IMG/VR virus record: IMGVR_UViG_3300032318_000833
Span: 1 to 50,390 of that record
Length of the DNA stretch: 50,390 nt
Reading direction: 5' to 3' (one strand)
DNA from: a virus
Lineage: Duplodnaviria; Caudoviricetes
Shown: piece by piece, positions 45,191 to 50,390 of the stretch
How positions within the stretch are numbered: position 1 is the stretch's first letter
How the letters are laid out: each line of letters starts with the position of its first letter
Made by a program: the position numbers and the translations under genes
Notes under the pieces: model-generated
Seen by the model: the letters and a program-made list of their open reading frames with translations, nothing else
Told to the model about the DNA's origin: nothing
Database searches by the model: none

Positions 45191-45463
45191 ATGCCTAACA
45201 ATCGGCGTAAGCCAATGGAAGTCGTGAATAACGACACTCCAACACTTGCCGACCATTACCCGTTTCGGCATCCGCTAGATACAGGGGACAAGGGTTTCCT
45301 AGTGCTTTGGGTTCAATCTCGGCTAGCAACGCTAGGTTTCTACAAAGGGGATTTGGACGGTAGGTACGATAGAGAAATGTCCTTATCTGTAAGGGCATTT
45401 CAAGCGTCCGCGAACCTAAAGGTGACAGGCGTAGTTGATCGTAAAACGTGGGACGCTCTATGA
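45191..45463 (+). CDS. stand-alone peptidoglycan-binding domain protein
   Basis: GDKG..VLWVQSRL..LGF...DG.Y...VRAFQ....LKVTGVVDRKTWDAL. Confidence 0.85.
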   Translation: MPNNRRKPMEVVNNDTPTLADHYPFRHPLDTGDKGFLVLWVQSRLATLGFYKGDLDGRYDREMSLSVRAFQASANLKVTGVVDRKTWDAL

Positions 45464-46116
45464 CCATCGGAGTTGTTAGCGTTGCGTATGGTGAAAAGTA
45501 CCGGGCGTTCGTGCCGCGTTGGATGCGTGCGATAACCGCGCTAGAAACAAAACCCGACAAGGTGTTGATCATTACTGACGATGTGCGAGATTGCATTGAT
45601 CAACTAGGGGATGTTCACCTTGACTCTGTCGTTTTCAAGCAAGCGCACAGGACTTTCACCCGCCACCCCCAATACCTTGTCAATGAAGCAATCCAAGATG
45701 TGAGAACGGATTGGATTTGCAAAATGGATATTGACGATTTGATCTACCCGCATGCGTTAAACAATCTTGATCGTTGCGATGCCGATGTTTACATGTTCGG
45801 GATTAGTTACATGGGGCAATGGCTTCCCGCGCGACCCGTCAATGCATACACAATCTTGACCACGATGCATAACCTTGTGTTCTCTTGCTCCCCGTTTAGA
45901 CGTTGGGTTTGGGAAAAGTCACCATACAAAGACATTCTTTGCGAGGACTGGGCTTTTTGGGTTGACGCGGCACGCAACAATGCCAAGTTCCAGCCGTCTT
46001 CGACCATAGACTACGAGTACGTGCAACATGGGGACAACATTAGTTTGGACGCAGACTTTGTTGCTTACGAAAGATTAGTGAGGGATTCATATGATCGTAG
46101 GGGTAACGGGCGGTAA
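45460..46116 (+). CDS. glycosyltransferase (GT-A, family 2-like)
   Basis: MDIDD DXD motif, EDWAFW, YVQH. Confidence 0.78.
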   Translation: MTIGVVSVAYGEKYRAFVPRWMRAITALETKPDKVLIITDDVRDCIDQLGDVHLDSVVFKQAHRTFTRHPQYLVNEAIQDVRTDWICKMDIDDLIYPHALNNLDRCDADVYMFGISYMGQWLPARPVNAYTILTTMHNLVFSCSPFRRWVWEKSPYKDILCEDWAFWVDAARNNAKFQPSSTIDYEYVQHGDNISLDADFVAYERLVRDSYDRRGNGR

Positions 46117-47104
46117 TGGCTTCATCGGGAGTTGGGTTCTAAAAAGCCTTTTAAACAGAGGACATAACGCCCTTGTGTTCGATCACAAGAACAAGCCCGC
46201 CGTCATGTTGGGTGATATTCGTGACGAGACAGCGGTACATGAGTTCGCAGCGCACGTTGATGGGATTATCCATCTTGCCGCAGTCCTAGGAACCGCAGAA
46301 ACAATCGACTCCCCGCTTCCCGCCGCGCACACAAACATTATTGGGACGTTGAATGTTTTCGAGGCCGCGTCCCGTTACAACTTGCCAGTTGTTTTCGCTG
46401 CTGTAGGCAATAGCGGCATTGGTCGTGGAACGTACTGCATCACTAAGGCATGTGGCGAGGAGTTCGTTCACATGTACCGTGAGGATCGCGGTCTTAAAGT
46501 TACTGCCGTTAGGCCAATGAACGCTTATGGCCCAGGGCAATCCGCTCCCACCCCATTCGGGCCAAGCAAGGTGAGAAAGATCGTCCCATCTTTTGTTTGC
46601 TCTGCTTTGTCAGGAATCCCGATGCCTTTGTATGGCGGGGGAGAGCAAGTATCAGACGCCGTGTTCGTTGCAGATGTAGCCAAAACATTCGTTATCGCGC
46701 TAGAGGAAGCGGCTAGGGGGAACGTGCCCGACTTCCCAATTGACGTAGGTAGCGTTAAGCCGAGCCGCGTAATTGACGTTGCTAACACTATTGCTAAGCA
46801 TGTACCTGGCGCGACAATTGAATCCTTGCCGATGAGGGCTGGTGAGCCTTTTGGGGGGCCGTTGGATAGCCCGGACACAATATCCCCAATAGTGGATTCT
46901 GTATTGGCTGCGGCCCCGACATTGCCGCGAACAAGGGTCAATAGGGTTGTTAAGCAACTTGGCACGGCGGTGTACGCGGATACATCAATGCTCAAGTTCT
47001 TGGGAATTGACCCTAATGATTTCACTCCGCTTGATGGAGGCATTGAGATGACTATTGACTGGTTTCGCAAGAATGAGGGTGCAACGTGGCGATCCCCCAA
47101 ATAA
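46091..47104 (+). CDS. NAD-dependent sugar epimerase/dehydratase
   Basis: TGGNGFIGS, HLAA, YCITK, NAYGPGQ. Confidence 0.88.
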   Translation: MIVGVTGGNGFIGSWVLKSLLNRGHNALVFDHKNKPAVMLGDIRDETAVHEFAAHVDGIIHLAAVLGTAETIDSPLPAAHTNIIGTLNVFEAASRYNLPVVFAAVGNSGIGRGTYCITKACGEEFVHMYREDRGLKVTAVRPMNAYGPGQSAPTPFGPSKVRKIVPSFVCSALSGIPMPLYGGGEQVSDAVFVADVAKTFVIALEEAARGNVPDFPIDVGSVKPSRVIDVANTIAKHVPGATIESLPMRAGEPFGGPLDSPDTISPIVDSVLAAAPTLPRTRVNRVVKQLGTAVYADTSMLKFLGIDPNDFTPLDGGIEMTIDWFRKNEGATWRSPK

Positions 47105-47739
47105 TTCATAGGGCTTGGTTCGGTCCAAGAGAGATGCCGCAGCAATATGTTGAGTACGATAGACGTTGGAAGGAACTCAACCCTAATTGGCAAGTGATCG
47201 AATGGGGTTATGACAATCGACCACCACTCATTAACGAGTCCTTGTTTGTTAATTGCGGTACAGAGTGGACGCCAATTGCTGGGGCAGCAAAAAGCACAAG
47301 CATTATTCAAGTAGCGCAAGCGGACTTGCTTGGATACGAACTACTTTATCGTTACGGCGGTTTGTATGTGAATACCGATATGGAACCGTTGCGCCCAATC
47401 CCTGACGAGTTCACGCAGATGGATATTTTGCTTGCGAATGAGATTGACGATTGGCTGATCTCTAACGCTTGGATGATGAGCGCCCCCGAACAGCCCCTTA
47501 TCCGCGCGGTAATTGACGCGATCCCCGGCAACATCGCTAAAGAGACACGTTCGATTGACTGGCAAACCGGACCAAAATTGTTGACGCGGATCAAAGAGGA
47601 ACAGTACCCGGATACGCCTGTGCTGCCTGCCCGGTTCTGTAATCCGTGGACGGATACGCCGTGGGGCGAACCGCACCCCGACTCTATTTGCGCGCATCAT
47701 TGGGGGCATAAGCACCCCGATCATTTACTGTGGGGCTGA
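47086..47739 (+). CDS. glycosyltransferase (GT32/OCH1-like)
   Basis: IPQIIHRAWFG, ADLLGYELLYRYGGLYVNTD, TGPKLLT. Confidence 0.82.
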   Translation: MAIPQIIHRAWFGPREMPQQYVEYDRRWKELNPNWQVIEWGYDNRPPLINESLFVNCGTEWTPIAGAAKSTSIIQVAQADLLGYELLYRYGGLYVNTDMEPLRPIPDEFTQMDILLANEIDDWLISNAWMMSAPEQPLIRAVIDAIPGNIAKETRSIDWQTGPKLLTRIKEEQYPDTPVLPARFCNPWTDTPWGEPHPDSICAHHWGHKHPDHLLWG

Positions 47740-48396
47740 CGGCCCATTACCTACCGGGCGACGATCCCAACGGATACGAATGTGCGGGTTCTGGTACTGG
47801 TTCGCAGGCCAGATACCTAACGACTTACCTTCCCGCCACAACAGATACGGCAGGCTTACTTGATCCTGGCAGCCCCACGCGTACTGCTCCCCTAGCCACG
47901 CGTCCCCGAACGCTATTGCTTCCGGGGTGAACCGCCAGCCGATCATTCCGCACGCGAACAACCCCCAACCATTAGGCATCCCATCCGCTTCATACTCCGC
48001 CACCTGGCCCCGCAAGTCATACCGTGAGTATTTAGGCCAGTCCCAGCAAACCGCAGCCTCATCCCGATAACAGGTGCGTCCTTCGGGGTGCGACCAGACC
48101 ACGAGATCGTTCGCCGTCAGTTGCGGTTCCACCCATGCCCGAAGGTTAGGAGATGTCACTTCGATGGAAGCGTCCAGGAAGATTGCGGCATCGCAATCCG
48201 TGAACCGCCACGGCTGCATCTTCGCAGTCTTACCGTCCAGTCGCGGGTCATCCGTGCCCGACTGCACTACCGTCCGCCAGCCCTCAGGAACATCCCCCGC
48301 GTTATCGGTTACGCAAACGGCGTCATCGAAATCAGGAGGCGGTGAGGAGAGTGGATCGTACGCCCCGAACAGGGTGGTTACTACGGCGATACGCAT
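47725..48396 (-). CDS. glycosyltransferase-like protein (DUF616-like)
   Basis: TTLFGAYD, CVTD, KMQP, FLDAS, HP.R.C, QDQVSLPY. Confidence 0.72.
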   Translation of the reverse strand: MRIAVVTTLFGAYDPLSSPPPDFDDAVCVTDNAGDVPEGWRTVVQSGTDDPRLDGKTAKMQPWRFTDCDAAIFLDASIEVTSPNLRAWVEPQLTANDLVVWSHPEGRTCYRDEAAVCWDWPKYSRYDLRGQVAEYEADGMPNGWGLFACGMIGWRFTPEAIAFGDAWLGEQYAWGCQDQVSLPYLLWREGKSLGIWPANQYQNPHIRIRWDRRPVGNGPSAPQ

Positions 48397-48447
48397 GACC
48401 AGATCATACGGTTACGAACCCTCACAGGTAAGCATAGACATACGCGG

Positions 48448-48744
48448 TCAGGAGGGTGGCGGCTGCCAATCGTAGTTTTCGTCGAGCGTCCAGCCGTCGC
48501 CAGGGCACGGGGTCACGAATACATCGGCTTCCGCATAGTATTGGAAACCCGGACCAGCGTACTGCTTGCGGAACGAGCCGTGATACGAAGTCTGAATCCA
48601 CTGTCCAGGCAAACCGAGGGATGCGATGAATCGCTGACCTAGCGGTTCGGAGTGATCAGGTGCGGGGTCTGGAGCCTCCGCATTAGAGATAACGATGACT
48701 TGTAGGACATAGCCGTCCTGGTCTATTTCTGCGAAGTGTGCCAT
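48448..48744 (-). CDS. small tail-associated protein
   Basis: MAHFAEID...WIQTSYHGSFRKQYAG; follows a Gly-rich gene. Confidence 0.7.
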   Translation of the reverse strand: MAHFAEIDQDGYVLQVIVISNAEAPDPAPDHSEPLGQRFIASLGLPGQWIQTSYHGSFRKQYAGPGFQYYAEADVFVTPCPGDGWTLDENYDWQPPPS

Positions 48745-49625
48745 TAGGGTGCATACCTCACGATCACAACACCGCTGCCGCCGCTAGCACCTTGGCCTGA
48801 GCCGACACCGTTATGGAACGTGCCCCCGCCACCACCACCACCTGTATTGGCAGTACCCGCAGTTCCGCTTCCGGTGTTTCCTGTACCACCAGCGCCGCCA
48901 CCGCCAGTTGCCGTGCCCCCACCGTCTCTTGCTCCACCGCCACCGCCACCCGCACGGGTGACAGATGTTCCTGTAATGGAAGAAGCGGTCCCAGTGCCTC
49001 CGGCTCCCGCCGTGTAAGTGTCCGTGGAGTTACCTCCGGCCCCCGTAGCGCCACCGCCACCGGACCCGGCATATCCGGTAGAGGGGGCGGTACCACTACC
49101 GCCATTGGCTCCGGTGACTCCAACTCCACCACTTTCCGTGCCGGGGCTGTTTAGGCATCCCCCCGACCCTCCACCGGAACCGCCGCCAGTACCGGGGAAA
49201 AGGATGACATCTGCGTCGCTGCTCTTGCGCCGTCCGCCACCGCCACCGCCAGCCGCCGTGATAATCCCAAACGTCGAGTCACTACCGCGAGAGCCACGGG
49301 AATCGGTAACGTTCGCTCCACCCGCCCCGACGGTCACGGTGTAGACACCCGGATTTAGATAAATGCTGGCAGTCAGGTGCCCCCCGGCCCCTCCACCGCC
49401 ACCCCCGATCGCACCGCCACCGCCACCACCAGCGACAACGAGATACTCCACCAGTCCACCGTTAACCACCGACAAACTCGCACTACTGGTGAACGAGTGA
49501 ATACGAAACCCGGCTGAAGCGGAGACAGTCCCGCCAGTAGCGAACGCAGTATTCGTCGCTCCTCGCGAAACTTTCTGCCGACCCCTGCCCCGCAACCCTG
49601 ACTGCTTAGCAGACTTCATCGACAT
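48744..49625 (-). CDS. glycine-rich virion/tail protein
   Basis: EYLVVAGGGGGG...GGSGVVIVRY Gly-rich domain. Confidence 0.75.
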   Translation of the reverse strand: MSMKSAKQSGLRGRGRQKVSRGATNTAFATGGTVSASAGFRIHSFTSSASLSVVNGGLVEYLVVAGGGGGGAIGGGGGGAGGHLTASIYLNPGVYTVTVGAGGANVTDSRGSRGSDSTFGIITAAGGGGGGRRKSSDADVILFPGTGGGSGGGSGGCLNSPGTESGGVGVTGANGGSGTAPSTGYAGSGGGGATGAGGNSTDTYTAGAGGTGTASSITGTSVTRAGGGGGGARDGGGTATGGGGAGGTGNTGSGTAGTANTGGGGGGGTFHNGVGSGQGASGGSGVVIVRYAP

Positions 49626-49954
49626 TAGGTGATCTCCGCAATGGCCGCCGCAAACGTGCATGTGCTTGCTGAAGATGCGACACGGATGAATCGCGTATTG
49701 CCCAAGGCGTAAGGCCCGAAAGAGAGAGTCTCAGCGCCACTCACCACGACCTCCTCCAGCAAGAACTGGCCTGATGCTGGTGCGCTCGCGGAGTTCGCAA
49801 CACCTAGGTTCACTGTGACCGCTGACGCCGACTCGTTAGCGATAATGATGTTAGAAATGATCGCTGTCGTGCTGGCGCTCGTACTGTAAAGCGTCGCATA
49901 TGTTCCGATTGAAGCGGTGCCCTGCACCATTGCGTCTTTGTATGCCGTGGGCAT
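49625..49954 (-). CDS. putative virion structural protein
   Basis: Beta-rich TLYST...IISNIIIAN pattern; context. Confidence 0.6.
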   Translation of the reverse strand: MPTAYKDAMVQGTASIGTYATLYSTSASTTAIISNIIIANESASAVTVNLGVANSASAPASGQFLLEEVVVSGAETLSFGPYALGNTRFIRVASSASTCTFAAAIAEIT

Positions 49955-49957
49955 GGG

Positions 49958-50236
49958 TCACACTCCTGCGAGAAATAGTGGGTCGATTGCGGAACCGCCT
50001 CCAGCGGCAGCGGCCCATTTAATGCCAGCGGACTGAGTGGAGTCTGCGGTCAAAACGAAGTTATTGGTTCCCCTGGGGAGGACGCTGACTGCCGATCCGG
50101 TGGAAGTGATGAGGCTTCCCTGACTGGCACTAACAAGTGAACCGGAAAGGAAGTCGGCTGTGGACGGCAACTCGACGCCGACACCTTCCCACGCCGATGC
50201 TGACGCGTTCCACACCTTAATGGTTCGTACTGCCAC
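49958..50236 (-). CDS. putative tail-fibre-associated protein
   Basis: GSLIT...LPRGTNNFVLTADST...IKWA, similar to a motif in the 1-614 protein. Confidence 0.6.
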   Translation of the reverse strand: MAVRTIKVWNASASAWEGVGVELPSTADFLSGSLVSASQGSLITSTGSAVSVLPRGTNNFVLTADSTQSAGIKWAAAAGGGSAIDPLFLAGV

Positions 50237-50390
50237 CTTAACCTCCGCGATGAGTCGCTGTTATCTGATTCTAGTGGATGCGCGGCACGCCTGCGGATAA
50301 CGCTTTTAACTCTTACTTTCACGACATGCACATCAGCCCCGCGCAAGGCGGGGCCGATGGCGGTGCGAACGGCTACCGGCAGCGGCTCGC

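Noticed and set aside
50237-50390. Circular join of window end to window start
   Set aside because: No terminal repeat is visible, and continuing the 1-614 frame into the right end gives an implausible protein; sequence is probably missing between the ends.

Overview
This window is most of a tailed (siphovirus-type) phage genome. A WhiB-like regulator, an r1t-type holin, leaderless starts and high GC point to an actinobacterial host. Layout: (1) 1-9.2 kb, minus strand: tail operon with two tail-tube paralogues, a chaperone carrying a GGGAAAA -1 frameshift, tape measure and tail-tip genes. (2) 9.45-30.6 kb, plus strand: early, recombination and replication genes, a ParB/PAPS-reductase/cupin/aldehyde-dehydrogenase cluster, terminase and RmlB. 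(3) 30.6-45.1 kb, minus strand: lysis, WhiB, portal, head and head-tail genes, a Com-like zinc finger, a phosphoesterase and a glycosyltransferase. (4) 45.2-50.4 kb: glycosyltransferases and Gly-rich virion proteins. The most striking signal is non-coding. A sigma70-type promoter at 9455-9483 precedes a ~600-nt, densely base-paired ncRNA resembling large ornate phage RNAs (ROOL/GOLLD class). A run of small early genes follows, punctuated by five type II hammerhead ribozymes, each in an intergenic gap just before a conserved GAAAGGG(G)CAA-type start motif. A ~105-bp G-run element also occurs twice, once intergenic and once inside the replication initiator gene. No integrase, DNA polymerase, tRNA or CRISPR array was recognised. 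All family calls come from motif recognition by eye; no database searches were run.
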